From the NCBI GenBank assembly GCA_964016885.1, contig OZ024740.1, positions 32,798,001 through 32,862,000 of the forward strand: DNA of 64,000 nucleotides, read 5' to 3'. Numbering within the stretch: position 1 is the stretch's first letter; each line of letters opens with the position of its first letter. Under the pieces are notes generated by a model. It was given only the letters and a program-made list of their open reading frames with translations, was not told the DNA's origin and searched no databases. The DNA is from Eledone cirrhosa (Eukaryota). The translations under genes were made by a program, and so were the position numbers. Positions 24,221-41,139 of this stretch are shown one piece after another.

Positions 24221-24440
24221 CTATTAAAAAAAAAAGGCATAATCTCACATATATTTATTTTAAAATGTTCCTTTCCCTTAATATATATATATAAATGTCC
24301 ATTATAAATTCCCATTAATATGAATTATGTATCAAAAATGTTTTGATGTACGTTTGCAAATGATGCAAATCTTACAAAAAATAATATATTCTTTTGTAAA
24401 GGTAATTAAAGTGAATTTAATAGTATGAGATTTAAATAGA

Positions 24441-27400
24441 AATATGATTACCACTACACAACAGGCTTACATTTCAAACACTCAACAATATGGCTACACA
24501 GTCATAGTGTTACACACACACAGCATTATGACTACCACTATAAAACTGTAATAGTTTTAACAGGCAATAATATGACTGCCACTACACAACTGTCATAGTT
24601 ATAACTCAACAATATGACTACCACTACACAACTGTCATAGTTTTAACTCAACAATATGACTGCCACTACACAACTGTCATAGTTATAACTCAACAATATG
24701 ACTACCACTACACAACTGTCATAGTTATAATTCAACAATATGACTACCACTACACAACTGTCATAGTTTTAACATAACTGCCACTACACAACTGTCCTAG
24801 TTTTACAACAATATGACTACCACTACACAACTGTCATAGTTATAACAACAATATGACTACCACTAAACAACTGTCATAGTTATAACTCAACAATATGACT
24901 ACCACTACACAACAGTCATAGTTATAACTCAACAATATGACTACCACTACACAACTGTCCTAGTTTTAACAACAATATGACTACCACTACACAACTGTCA
25001 TAGTATTAACAGGCAATAATATGACTCCACTACACAACTGTGATAGTTATAACTCAACAATATGACTACCACGACACAACTGTCATAGTTATAACAACAA
25101 TATGACTACCACTACACAACTGTCATAGTTATAACTCAACAATATGACTACCACTACACAACTGTCACAGTTATAATTCAACAATATGACTACCACTACA
25201 CAACTGTCATAGTTATAACTCAACAATATGACTACCACTACACAACTGTCCTAGTTTTACAATATGACTACGACTACGCAACTGTCATAGTTATAACTCA
25301 ACAATATGGCTGCCACTACACAACTGTCATAGTTATAACTCAACAATATGACTACCACTACACAACTGTCCTAGTTTTAACATTATAACTGCCACGACAC
25401 AACTGTCCTAGTTTTAACAATATGACTACCACTATACAACTGTCCTAGTTTTAACAATATGACTACCACTACACAACTGTCCTAGTTTTAACAATATGAC
25501 TACCACTACACAACTGTCCTAGTTTTAACAACAATATGACTACCACTACACAACTGTACTAGTTTTAACAACAATATGACTACCACTACACAACTGCCAT
25601 AGTTATAACTCAACAATATGACTACCACTACACAAGTGTCCTATTTTTAACAACAATATGACTACCACCACACAACTGTACTAGTTTGAAAAACATTATG
25701 ACTGCCACTACACAACTGTCAGTTATAACAACGATATGACTACCTCAACACAACTGTCCTAGTTTTAACAACAATATGACTACCACTACACAACTGTACT
25801 AGTTTTAACAACAACATGACTGCCACTACACAACTGTCTTAGTTATAATACAAAAATATGACTACCACTACACAACTGTCATAGTTATAGTACAAATATA
25901 TGACTACAACTACAGAACTGTCATAGTTTTAAATTTTAAATGCCACTACACAACTGTCATGGTTATAACAACAATATGACTACCACTACACAACTGTCAT
26001 AGTTATAACAATATGACTACTACTACACAACTGTCATAGTTATAACTCAACAATATGACTACCACTACACAAATGTCCTAGTGTTACAACAATATGACTA
26101 CCACTACACAACTGTCCTAGTTTTACAACAATATGACTACCACTACACAACTGTCATAGTTTTAACATTATGACTGCCACTACACAACTGTCATAGTTAT
26201 AACTCAACAATATGACTACCACTACACTACTGTCCTAGTTTTAACAACAATATGACTACCACTACACAACTGTCCTAGTTTTAACAACAATATGACTACC
26301 ACTACACAACTGTCCTAGTTTTAACAACAATATGACTACCACTACACAACTGTACTAGTTTTAACAACAATATGACTACCACTACACAACTGGTATAGTT
26401 ATAACTCAACAATATGACTACCACTACACTACTGTCCTAGTTTTAACAACAATATGACTACCACTACACAACTGTACTAGTTTTAAAAACAATATGACTA
26501 CCACTACACAACTGTCCTAGTTTTAACAACATTATGACTGCCACTACACAACTGTCCTAGTTTTAACGACAATATGACTGCCACTACACAACTGTCATAG
26601 TTATAATACAAAAATATGACTACGACTACACAACCGTCATAGTTTCAACATTTTGACTGCACCTACACAACTGTCATGGTTATAACAACAATATGACTAC
26701 CACTACACAACTGTCATAGTTATAACAATATGACTACCACAACACAACTGTCATAGTTTTACAACAATATGACTACCACTACACAACTGTCCTAGTTTTA
26801 CAACAATATGACTAGCACTACACAACTGTCATAATTTTAACATTATGACTGCCACTACACAACTGTCATAGTTATAACTCAACAATATGACTACCACTAC
26901 ACAACTGTCCTAGTTTTAACAACAATATGACTACCACTACACAACTGTACTGGTTGTAATTATATGACTACCACTACACAACTGTCATAGTTATAACAAT
27001 ATGACTACCACAACACAACTGTCATAGTTTTACAACAATATGACTACCACTACACAACTGTCCTAGTTTTACAACAATATGACTAGCACTACACAACTGT
27101 CATAATTTTAACATTATGACTGCCACTACACAACTGTCATAGTTATAACTCAACAATATGACTACCACTACACAACTGTCATAGTTATAATTCAACAATA
27201 TGACTACCACTACACAACTGTCCTAGTTTTAACATTATGACTGCCACGACACAACTGTCCTAGTTTTAACAATATGACTACCACTACACAACTGTCCTAG
27301 TTTTAACAATATGACTACCACTACACAACTGTCCTAGTTTTAACAACAATATGACTACCACTACACAACTGTCCTAGTTTTAACAACAATATGACTACCA

Positions 27401-30400
27401 CTACACAACTGTACTAGTTTTAACAATATGACTACCACTACACAACTATCATAGTTATAACTCAACAATGACTACCACTACACAACTGTCCTGGTTTTAA
27501 CAATATGACTACCACTACACAACTGTACTAGTTTTAACAGCAATATGACTACCACTACACAACTGTCATAGTTTTACAACAATATGACTACCACTACACA
27601 ACTGTACTAGTTTTAAGAATATGACTACCACTACACAACTATCATAGTTATAACTCAACAATGACTACCACTACACAACTGTCCTGGTTTTAACAATATG
27701 ACTACCACTACACAACTGTCATAGTTTTACAACAATATGACTACCACTACACAACTGTCCTAGTTTAACAACAATATGACTACCACTACACAACTGTACT
27801 AGTTTTAACAACAATATGACTACCACTTCACAACTGTACTAGTTTTAACAACAATATGACTACCACTACACAACTGGCATAGTTATAACTCAACAATATG
27901 ACCACCACCACACAACTGTACTAGTTTTAAAAACAATATGACTACCACTACACAACTGTCCTAGTTTTAACACAACGATATGACGACCACTACACAACTG
28001 TACTAGTTTTAACAACAATATGACTGCCACTACACAACTGTCATAGTTATAATACAAAAATATGACTACCACTACACAACTGTCATAGTTATAATACAAA
28101 AATATGACTACCACTACACAACTGTCATAGTTTTAACAATATGACTGCCACTACACAACTGTCATGGTTATAACAACAATATGACTACCACTACACAACT
28201 GTCATAGTTATAACTCAACAATATGACTACCACTACACAACTGTCATAGTTATAACAACAATATGACTACCACTACACAACTGTCCTAGTTTTAAGAACA
28301 TTATGACTGCCACGACACAACTGTCATAGTTATAACTCAACATTATGACTGCCACTACACAACTGTCATAGTTATAATAATATGACTACCACACAACTGT
28401 CATAGTTATAACAACAGTATGACTACCACTACACAATTGTCATAGTTTTAACAATATGACTACCACTACACAACTGTCCTAGTTTTAACAACAATATGAC
28501 TACCACTACACAACTGCACTAGTTTTAACAGCAATATGACTACCACTACACAACTGTCATAGTTATAACTCAACAATATGACTACCACTACGCATCTGTC
28601 CTAGTTTTAACAACAATATGACTACCACTACACAAATGTCATAGTTATAACTCAACATTATGACTGCCACGACAACTGTCCTAGTTTTAACAACAATATG
28701 ACTACCACTACACAACTGTACTGGTTTTAACAACAATATGACTACCACTACACAACTGTCATAGTTATAACTCAACAATATGACTACCACTACACAACTG
28801 TCCTAGTTTTAACAACAATATGACTACCACTACACAACTGTACTAGTTTTAACAACAATATGACTACCACTACACAACTGTCATAGTTATAACAACAATA
28901 TGACTGCCACTACACAACTGTCCTAGTTTTAACAACAATATGACTACCACTACACAACCGTCCTAGTTTTAACAATATGACTACCACTACACAACTGTAC
29001 TAGTTTTAACAACAATATGACTACCACTAACCAACTGTCCTAGTTTTAACACAACATTATGACTGCCACTACACAACTGTCATAGTCATAACAACAATAT
29101 GACTGCCACTACACAACTGTCATAGTTATAATTCAACAATATGACTACCACTACACAACTGTCAATTATAACTCAACATTATGACTGCCACGACACAACT
29201 GTCCTAGTTTTAACAACGTGACTACCACGACACAACTGTCCTAGTTTTAACAACAATATGACTACCACTACACAACTGTCATAGTTATAACTCAACAATA
29301 TGACTACCACTACACAACTGTCCAAGTTTTACCAACAATATGACTACCACTACACAACTGTCATAGTTTTAACATAACATGTCTACCACTACACAACTGT
29401 CATAGTTATAACAACAATATGACTACCACTACACAACTGTCATAGTTATAACAACAATATGACTACCACTACACAACTGTCATAGTTATAACAACAATAT
29501 GACTACCACTACACGACTGTCCTAGTGTTAAGAACAATATGACTACCACTACACAACTGTCATAGTTTTAACAACAATATGACTACCACTACACAACTGT
29601 CCTAGTTTTAAAACATTATGACTGCCACTACACAACTGTCATAGTTTTAACAATATGACTACCACTACACAACTGTCATAGTAATAATGACAATATGACT
29701 ACCACTACACAACTGTCAGTTATAACATAACAATATGACTACCACTACACAACTGTCATAGTTATAACTCAATATAGCTACCACTACACAACTGTCATAG
29801 TTATAACTCAACAATATGACTTCCACTACACAACTGTCATAGTTTTAACAACAATATGACTCCCGCTACACAACTGTCATAGTTATAACAATATGACTGC
29901 CACTACACAATTGTCAAAGTTATAATTCAACAATATGACTACCACTACACAACTGTGATAGTCATAACTCAACAATATGACTACCACTACACAACTGTCC
30001 TAGTGTTAACAACAATATGACTACAACTACACAACTGTCATACTTTTAACGACATTATGACTGCCACGACAACTGTCATAGTTATAACTCAACATTATGA
30101 CTGCCACTACACAACTGTCATAGTTATAACAATATGACTGCCATTACACAACTGTCATAGTTATAACTCAACAATATGACTGCCACTACACAACTGTCAT
30201 AGTTATAATTCAACAATATGACTACCACTACACAACTGTCAGTTATAACTCAACAATATGACTACCACTACACAACTGTCATAGTTATAACTCAATATGA
30301 CTACCACTACACAACTGTCATCGTTATAACTCAACAATATGACTTCCACTACACAACTGTCATAGTTATAACTCAACATTATGACTACCGCTACACAACT

Positions 30401-33400
30401 GTCATAGTTATAACAACAATATGACTGCCACGACACAACTGTCATAGTTATAACTCAACAATATGACTACCACTACACAACTGTCACAGTTATAATTCAA
30501 CAATATGACTGCCACTACACAACTGTCATAGTTTTATAAAAATATGACTACGACTACACAACTGTCATAGTTATAACTCAACAATATAGTTGCCACTACA
30601 CAACTGTCATAGTTATAACTCAACAATATGACTAGCACAACACAACTGTCATAGTTATAATTCAACAATATGACTACCACTACACAACTGTCCTAGTTTT
30701 AACGTTATGACTGCCACGACACAACTGTCCTAGTTTTAACAATATGACTACCACTACACAACTGTCCTAGTTTTAATAATATGACTACCACTACACAACT
30801 GTACTTGTTTTAAAAGCAATATGACTACCACTACACAACTGTCCTACTTTTAACAACAATATGACTACCACTACACAACTGTACCAGTTTTAACAACAAT
30901 ATTATTACCACTACACAGCTGTCCTAGTTTTAACACAACATTATGACTGCCACTACACAGCTGTCATAGTTATAACTCAACATTATGACTGCCACTACAC
31001 AACTGTTATAGTTATAACAACGATATGACTACCACTACACAACTGTCCTAGTTTAAACAACAATATGACTACCACTACACAACTGTACTAGTTTTAACAA
31101 CAATATGACTGGCACTACACAACTGCCATAGTTATAATACAAAAATATGACTACCACTACACAACTGTCATAGTTTTAACATTATGACTGCCTCTACACA
31201 ACTGTCATAGTTATAACAATATGACTACCACTACACAAATGTCCTAGTTTTACAACAATATGACTACCACTACACAACTGTCATAGTTTTAACAACAATA
31301 TAACTACCACTACACAACTGTCCTAGTTTTAACACATTATGACTGCCACTACACAACTGTCATAGTTATAATACAAAAATATGACTACCACTACACAACT
31401 GTCATAGTTATGACAATAAGACTACCACTACACAACTGTCATAGTTTTAACATTATGACTGCCACTACACAACTGTCCTAGTATTAAGAACAATATGACA
31501 ACCACTACACAACTTTCATACTTATAACTCAACAATATGACTACCACTACACAAATGTCCTAGTTTTACAACAATATGACTACCACTACACCACTGTCAT
31601 AGTTATAAGAATATGACTACCACTACACAAATGCCCTAGTTTTACAACAATATGACTACCACTACACAACTGTCATAGTTTTAACAACATTATGACTGAC
31701 AATACACTACTGTCATAGTTATAACAACAATATGACTACCGCTACACAACTGTCAGTTATAATACAACAATATGATTACCACTACACAACTGTCATAGTT
31801 ATAACTCAACAATATGACTACCACAACACAACTGTCATAGTTTTACAACAATATGACAACTACACAACTGTCATAGTTATGACTGAACATTATGACTGCC
31901 ACTACACAACTGTCATAGTTATAACAACAATATGACTACCACTACACAACTGTCATAGTAATAATTCAACAATATGACTAGCACTACACAACTATCATAG
32001 TTATAACTCAATATGACTGCCACTACAGAACTATCCTAGTTTTAACATTATAACTGCTACGATACAACTCTCCTAGTTTTAACAACAATATGACTACCAC
32101 TACACAACTGTACTAGTTTTAACGAAAATATGACTACCACTACACAACTGTACTGGTTTTAACAACAACATGACTACCACTACACAACTGGCATAGTTCT
32201 AACTCAACAATATGACTACCACTACACAACCGTCCTAGTTTTAACAATATGACTACCACTACACAACTGTACTAGTATTCACAACAATATGACTACCACT
32301 ACACAACTGTACTAGTATTCACAACAATATGACTACCACTACACAACTGTACTAGTTTTAACAATATGACTACCACTACACAACTGTCATAGTTATAACT
32401 CAACAATATGACTACCACTAAACAACTATCATAGTTATAACTCAACAATATGACTACCACTACACAACTGTCCTAGTTTTGACAACAATATGACTACCAC
32501 TACACAACTGTACTAGTTTTAACAACAATATGACTACCACTACACAACTGTCCTAGTTTTACAACAATATGACTACCACTACACAACTGTCATACTTTCA
32601 ACAACACTATGACTACCACTACACAACTGTCATAGTTATAACTCAACAATATGACTACCACTACACAACTGTCATAGTTTTACAACAATATGACTACCAC
32701 TACACAACTGTCATAGTTTTAACAACATTATGATTGCCACTACATAACTGTCATAGTTATAACAACAATATGACTACCACTACACAACTGTCTCAGTTAT
32801 AACAACAATATTACTACCATTACACAACTGTCCTAGTATTAAGAACAATATGACCACCACTACACAACTGTCATAGTTTTAACAACAATATAACTACCAC
32901 TACACAACTGTACTAGTTTTAACAACAATATGACTACCACTACACAACTGTCATAGTTTTAACACAACATTATGACTGCCACTACACAACTGTCATAGTT
33001 ATAACTCAACAATATGATTACCACTACACAACTGTCATTGTTATAACTCAACAATATGATTACCACTACACAACTGTCATAGTTATAACTCAACAATATG
33101 ACTACCACTGCATAACTGTACTAGCTTTAACAACAATATGACTACCACTACACAACTGTACTAGTTTTAACAACAATATGACTACCACTACACAACTGTC
33201 CTAGTTTTAACAACAATATGACTACCACTACACAACTGTACTAGTTTTAACAACAATATGACTACCACTACACAGCTGTCATAGTTTTAACTCAACATTA
33301 TGACTACCATTACACAACTGTCCTAGTTTTAACAACAATATGATTACCACTACACAACTGTACTAGTTTTAACAACAATATGACTACCACTACACAGCTG

Positions 33401-36400
33401 TCATAGTTTTAACTCAACATTATGACTACCATTACACAACTGTCCTAGTTTTAACAACAATATGATTACCACGACACAACTGTGATAGTTATAACTCAAC
33501 AATATGACTACCACGACACAACTGTGATAGTTATAACTCAACAATATGACTACCATTACACAACTGTCCTAGTTTTAACAACAATATGATTACCACTACA
33601 CAACTGTACTAGTTATAACTCAACATTATGACTGCCACGACACAACTGTCCTAGTTTTAACAATATAACTACCACTACACAACTGTACTAGTTATAACTC
33701 AACATTATGACTGCCACGACACAACTGTCCTAGTTTTAACAATATGACTACCACTACACAACTGTACTAGTTTTAACAACAATATGACTACCACTACACA
33801 ACTGTCCTAGTTTTAACAAAACATTATGACTGCCACTACACAGCTGTCATAGTTATAGATCAACATTATGACTGCCACTACACAACTGTCAGTTATAACG
33901 ATATGACTACCACTACACAACTGTCCTAGTTTTAACAACAATATGACTACCACTACACAACTGTACTAGTTTTAACAACAATATGACTACCACTACACAA
34001 CTGTCATAGTTTTACAACAATATGACTGCCACTACACAACTGTCATAGTTATGACTCAACAATATGACTACCACTACACAATATGACTGCCACTACATAA
34101 CTGTCATAGTTATAACTCAACAATATGACTACCACTACACAACTGTCATAGTTATAACTCAACAATATGACTACCACTACACAACTGTCATAGTTTTACA
34201 ACAATATGACTACCACTACAAAACTGTCATAGTTTTAACACATTATGACTGCCACTACACAACTGTCATGGTTATAACAACAATATGACTGCCACTACAC
34301 AACTGTCATAGTTATAATACAAAAATATGACTGCCACTACACAACTGTCATAGTTTTACCAATATGACTACCACTACACAACTGTCATAGTTATAACAAC
34401 AATATGACTACCACTACACAAATGTCATAGTTTTACAACAATATGACTACCACTACACAACTGTCATAGTTTTAACAACAATATAACTACCACTACACAA
34501 CTGTCCTCGTTTTAACACATTATGACTGCCACTACACAGCTGTCATAGTTATAATGACAATAATACTACCACCACACAACTGTCATTGTTTAACATTATG
34601 ACTACCACTACACAACTGTCCCAGTATTAAGAACAATATGACTACCACTACACAAATGTCATAGTTACAACAATATGACTACCACTACACAACTGTAATA
34701 GTTATAACAACATTATGACTGCCACTACACAACTGTCATAGTTATAATACAATATGACTGCCACTCCACAACTGTCATAGTTATAACAACAATATGACTA
34801 CCACTACACAACTGTCATAGTTATAATTCAACAATATGACTACCACTACACAACTATCATAGTTATAACTCAGTATGACTGCCACTACAGAACTGTCCTA
34901 GTTTTAACATTATGACTGCCACAACAACTCTCCTAGTTTTAACAAAAATATGACTACCACTACACAACTGTACTAGTTTTAACAACAATCTGACTACCAC
35001 GAAACAACTGGCATATTTCTAACTCAACAATATGACTACCACTACACAACCGTCCTAGTTTTAACAATATGACTACCACTACACAACTGTACTAGTATTA
35101 ACAACAATATGACTACCACTACACAACTGTCCTAGTTTTGACAATATGACTACCACTACACAACTGTACTAGTTTTAACAACAATATGACTACCACTACA
35201 AAACTGTCATAGTTAAAACTCACAAAATATGACTACCACTACACAACTCTCCTAGTTTTAATAATATGACTACCACTACACAACTGTCATAGTTTTAACA
35301 ACAATATGACTACCACTACACAACTGTCCTAGTTTTAATAACAATATGACTACCAATACACAACTGTCATAGTTTTAACAACAATATGACTACCACTACA
35401 CAACTGTCATAGTTTTAACAACAATATGACTACCACTACACAACTGTCTTAGTTTTAACAACAATATGACTACCACTACACAACTGTCATAGTTTTAACA
35501 ACAATATGACTACCACTACACAACTGTCATAGTTTTAATAACAATATGACTACCACTACACAACTGTCATAGTTTTAACAACAATATGACTACCACTACA
35601 CAACTGTCATAGTTTTAACAACAATATGACTAGCACTACACAACCATCATAGTTTTAACAACAATATGACTACCACTACACAACTGTCATAGTTTTAATA
35701 ACAATATGACTACCACTACACAACTGTCATAGTTTTAACAACAATATGACTACCACTACACAACTTTCCTAGTATTAAGAACAATATGACTACCACTACA
35801 CAACTGTCATAGTTATAACTCAACAATATGACTACCACTACACAAATGTCCTAGTTTTACAACAATATGACTACAACTACACAACTGTCATAGTTTTAAC
35901 ATTATGACTGCCACTACACAACTGTACTAGTTTTAACAACAATATGACTACCACTACACAACTGTCATAGTTATAACTCAACAATATGACTACCACTACA
36001 CAACTGTCCTAGTTCTAACAACAATATGACTACCACTACACAACTGTCATAGTTATAACTCAACATTATGACTGCCACTACACAACTGTTCTAGTTTTAA
36101 CAACAATATGACTACCACTACACAACTGTCATAGTTACAACAATATGACTACCACTACACAATTGTCATAGTTATAACTCAATATTATGACAACCACTAC
36201 ACAACTGTCATAGTTATAACTCAACAATATGACTGCCACGACACGACTGTCATAGTTATAACTCAACAATATGACTACCACTACACAACTGTCATAGTTA
36301 TAACTCAACAATATGACTACCACTACACAACTGTACTAGTTTTAACAACAATATGACTACCACTACACAACTGTCATAGTTTTAACAACAATATGAGTAC

Positions 36401-39400
36401 CACTACACAACTGTCATAGTCATAACTCAACAATATGACTACCACTACACAAATGTCATAGTTTTACAACAATATGACTACCACTACACAACTGTCGTAG
36501 TTATAACAACAATGACTACCATTACACAATTGTCAGTTATAACAACAATGTGACTACCACTATACAACTGTCATAGTTATAACTCAACATTATGACTGCC
36601 ACTACACAACTGTCCTAGTTTTAACAACAATATGACTACCACTACACAACTGTGATAGTTCTAACTCAACAATATGACTACCACTATACAACTGTGATAG
36701 TTACAACTCAACAATATGACTACCACTACACAACTGTCATAGTTATAACAACAATATGACTACTACTACACAATTGTCAGTTATCACAACAATATGACTA
36801 CCACTACACAACTGTCATAGTTACAACAATATGACTACCACTACACAATTGTCATAGTTATAACTCAATATTATGACAACCACTACACAACTGTCATAGT
36901 TATAACTAAACAATATGACTGCCACGACACGACTGTTCTAGTATTCACAACAATATGACTACCACTACACAACCGTACTAGTTTTAACAACAATATGACT
37001 ACCACTACACAACTGTACTAGTTTTAACAACAAGATGACTACCACTACACAACTGTCCTACTTTTAACAACAATATGACTACCACTACACAACTGTACTA
37101 GTTTTAACAACAATATGACTACCACTGCACAACTGTTCTAGTTTTAACAACAATGTGACTACCACTACACAACTGTACTAGTTTTAACAACAATATGACT
37201 ACCACTACACAACTGTACTAGTTTTAACAACAATATGACTACCACTACACAACTATACTAGTTTTAACAACAATATGACTACCACTACACAACTGTAATA
37301 ATTATAACTCAACAATATGACTGCCACAACACAACTGTCCTGGTTTTAACAATATGACTACCACTACACAGCTGTAATAATTATAACTCAACAATATGAC
37401 TGCCACAACACAACTGTCCTGGTTTTAACAATATGACTACCACTACACAACTGTCAGTTATAACTCAACAATATGACTACCACTACACAACTGTCCTAGT
37501 TTTAACAATATGACTACCACTACACAACTGTCCTAGTTTTAACAACAATATGACTACCACTACACAACTGTACTAGTTTTAACAACAATAAGACTACCAC
37601 TACACAACTGTCCTAGTTTTAACAATAAGACTACCACTACACAACTGTGATAGTTATAACTCAACAATATGACTACCACTACACAACTGTCCTAGTTTTA
37701 ACAACAATATGACTACCACTACACAACTGTACTAGTTTTAACAACAATATGACTACCACTACACAACTGTCCTAGTTTTAACATGACTGCCACGACAACT
37801 GTCCTTGTTTTAACGATATGACTACCATTACACAACTGTCCTAGTTTTAACAATATGACTACCACCAGACAACTGTCCTAGTTTTAACAACAATATGACT
37901 ACCACTACACAACTGTACTAGTTTTAACAACAATATGACTACCACTACACAACTGTACTAGTTTTAACAACAATCTGACTACCACTACACAACTGTACTA
38001 GTTTTAACAGCAATCTGACTACCACTACACAACTGTCATAGTTATAACTCAACAATATGACTGCCACTACACAACTGTCCTAGGTTTAACAACAATATGA
38101 CTACCACTACACTACTGTACTAGTTTTAACAACAATATGACTACCACTACACAACTGTCATAGTTATAACTCAACAATATGACTGCCACTACACAACTTT
38201 ACTAGGTTTAACAACAATATGACTACCACTAAACAACTGTACTAGTTTTAACAACAATATGACTACCACTAAACAACTGTCCTAGTTTTAACAACAATAT
38301 GACTACCACTACTCAACTGTCCTAGTTTTAACAACAATATGACTACCACTACACAACTGTACTAGTTTTAACTCAACAATATGACCACCACTACACAACT
38401 GTCCTAGTTTTAAAAACAATATGACTGCCACAACACGACTGTCCTAGTTTTAACAACAAAATGACTACCACTACACAACTGTCCTAGTTTTAACAACAAT
38501 ATGACTACCACTACACAACTGTACTAGTTTTAACAACAATATGACTGCCACTACACAACTGTCCTAGTTTTAACAACAAAATGACTACCACTACACAACT
38601 GTCCTAGTTTTAACAACAATATGACTACCACTACACAACTGTACTAGTTTTAACAACAATCTGACTACCACTACACAACTGTACTAGTTTTAACAACAAT
38701 ATGACTACCACTACACAACGGTCATAGTTATAACTCAACAATATGACTACCACTACACAAATGTCATAGTTTTACAACAATGTGACCACCACTACACAAC
38801 TGTCCTAATTTTAACAACAATATGACTACCACTACATAAACTGTCCTAGTTTTACAAACAATATGACTACCACTACACAACTGTCATAGTTCTAACTCAA
38901 CAATATGACGACCACTACACAACTGTGATAGTTATAACTCAACAATATGACCACCACTACACACCTGTCATAGTTATAACAACGATATGACTACCACTAC
39001 ACAACTGTCATAGTTATAACAACAATATGACTACCACTACACAATTGTCAGTTATAAAAACAATATGACTACCACTGCACAACTGTCATAGTTACAACAA
39101 TATGACTACCAGTACACAATTGTCATAGTTGTAACTCAATATTATGACAACCACTACACAACTGTCATAGTTATAACTCAACAATATGACTACCACTACA
39201 CAAATGTCATAGTTTTACAACAATATGACCACCACTACACAACTGTCATAGTTTTAACAACAATATGACTACCACTACATAACTGTCCTAGTTTTAAAAA
39301 CAAAATGACTACCACTACACAACTGTCAGTTATAACAACAATGACTACCACTACACAATTGTCAGTTATAACAACAATATGACTACCACTACACAATTGT

Positions 39401-40987
39401 CATAGTTATAACTCAACAATATGACTACCACTACACAACTGTCATAGTTTTAACTCATCAATATGACTGCCACTACACAACTGTCATAGTTATAACTCAA
39501 CAATATGACTACCACTACACAACTGTCATAGTTATAACTCAACAGTATGACTCCCACTACACAACTGTCATAGTTTTAACTCAACAGTATGACTCCCACT
39601 ACACAACTGTCATAGTTTTAACTCAACAATATGACTGCCACTACACAATTGTCATAGTTATAACTCAACAATATGACTACCACTACACAACTGTACTAGT
39701 TTTAACAACAATATGAGTACCACTACACAACTATCATAGTTATAACTCAACAATATGACTGCTACGACAACTGTCATAGTTATAACTCAACAATATGATT
39801 ACCACTACACAACTGTCCTAGTTTTAACAACAATATGACTACCACTACACAACTGTCATAGTTATAACTCAACAATATGACTACCACCACACAACTATAC
39901 TAGTTTTAACAACAATATGACTACCACTACACAACTGTACTAGTTTTAACAACAATATGACTACCACTACACAACTGTACTAGTTTTAACAACAATATGA
40001 CTACCACTACACGACTGTACTAGTTTTAACAACAATATCACTACCACTACACAACTGTCCTAGTTTTAACAACAATATGACTACCACTACACAACTGTCC
40101 TAGTTTTAACAACAATATGACTACCACTACACAACTGTACTAGTTTTAACAACAATATGACTACCACTACACAAATGTACTAGTTTTAACAACAATATGA
40201 CTACCATAACACAACTGTACTAGTTTTAACAACAATATGACTACCACTACACAACTGTCCTAGTTTTAACAATATGACTACCACTACACAACTGTCCTAG
40301 TTTTAACAACAATATGACTACCACTACACAACTGTCCTAGTTTTAACAATATGACTACCACTACACAACTGTCCTAGTTTTAACAACAATATGACTACCA
40401 CTACACAACTGTCCTAGTTTTAACAACAATATGACTACCACTACACAACTGTACTAGTTTTAACAACAATATGACTACCACTACACAACTGTCATAGTTA
40501 TAACTCAACAATATGACTGCCACTACACAACTGTACTAGGTTTAACAACATTATGACTACCACTAAACAACTGTACTAGTTTTAACAACAATATGAGTGC
40601 CACTACACAACTGTCCTAGTTTTATCAACAATATGACTACCACTAAACAACTGTACTAGTTTTAACAACAATATGACTGCCACTACACAACTGTCCTAGT
40701 TTTAACAACAATATGACTACCACTAAACAACTGTCTTAGTTTTAACAACAATATGACTACCACTACACAACTGTACTAGTTTTAACAACAATATGACTGC
40801 CACTACACAACTGTCCTAGTTTTAACAACAATATGACTACCACTACACAACTCTACTAGTTTTAACAACAATATGACTACCACTACACAACTGTCCTAGT
40901 TTTAACAACAATATGACTACCACTACACAACTGTCCTAGTTTTAACAACAATATGACTACCACTACACAACTGTACTAGTTATAACA
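24441..40987. repeat. Satellite A: ~37-42 bp tandem array, roughly 400 units
   Basis: Consensus aatatgactaccactacacaactgtc(a/c)tagtt(a/t)taac(tc)aac. The first units at 24441-24570 are degenerate. Confidence 0.99.
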
Positions 40988-41085
40988 CACTTTCAGATCT
41001 CAAGTGAAGCAGGTAGGAGAGTAGAATGATATTTATAGTTTATAAATGATTTTCTTTTAATAATTTAGTTAGGGAGGAGACTAAC

Positions 41086-41114
41086 ATCTGAGAACCTTTT
41101 CAGGGTCTCCATAA
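41086..41114 (-). CDS. Candidate 29-nt microexon (xYGDPEKVLRx; alternative frame xMETLKRFSD)
   Basis: Minus strand reads tgtctccttttcctctcatcctttcaccag|TTATGGAGACCCTGAAAAGGTTCTCAGAT|gttagt. It has a long pyrimidine tract, a CAG acceptor, a GTTAGT donor and two open frames. Confidence 0.48.
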
Positions 41115-41139
41115 CTGGTGAAAGGATGAGAGGAAAAGG

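Noticed and set aside
27890-36323. Short ORFs within satellite A
   Set aside because: They are translations of the tandem unit, interrupted by frequent stops and indels.
41086-41125. FTSYGDPEKVLR as an MECR/enoyl reductase N-terminal motif
   Set aside because: The match is very short, and the in-phase downstream exon does not continue an MECR-like sequence. No gene symbol was assigned.
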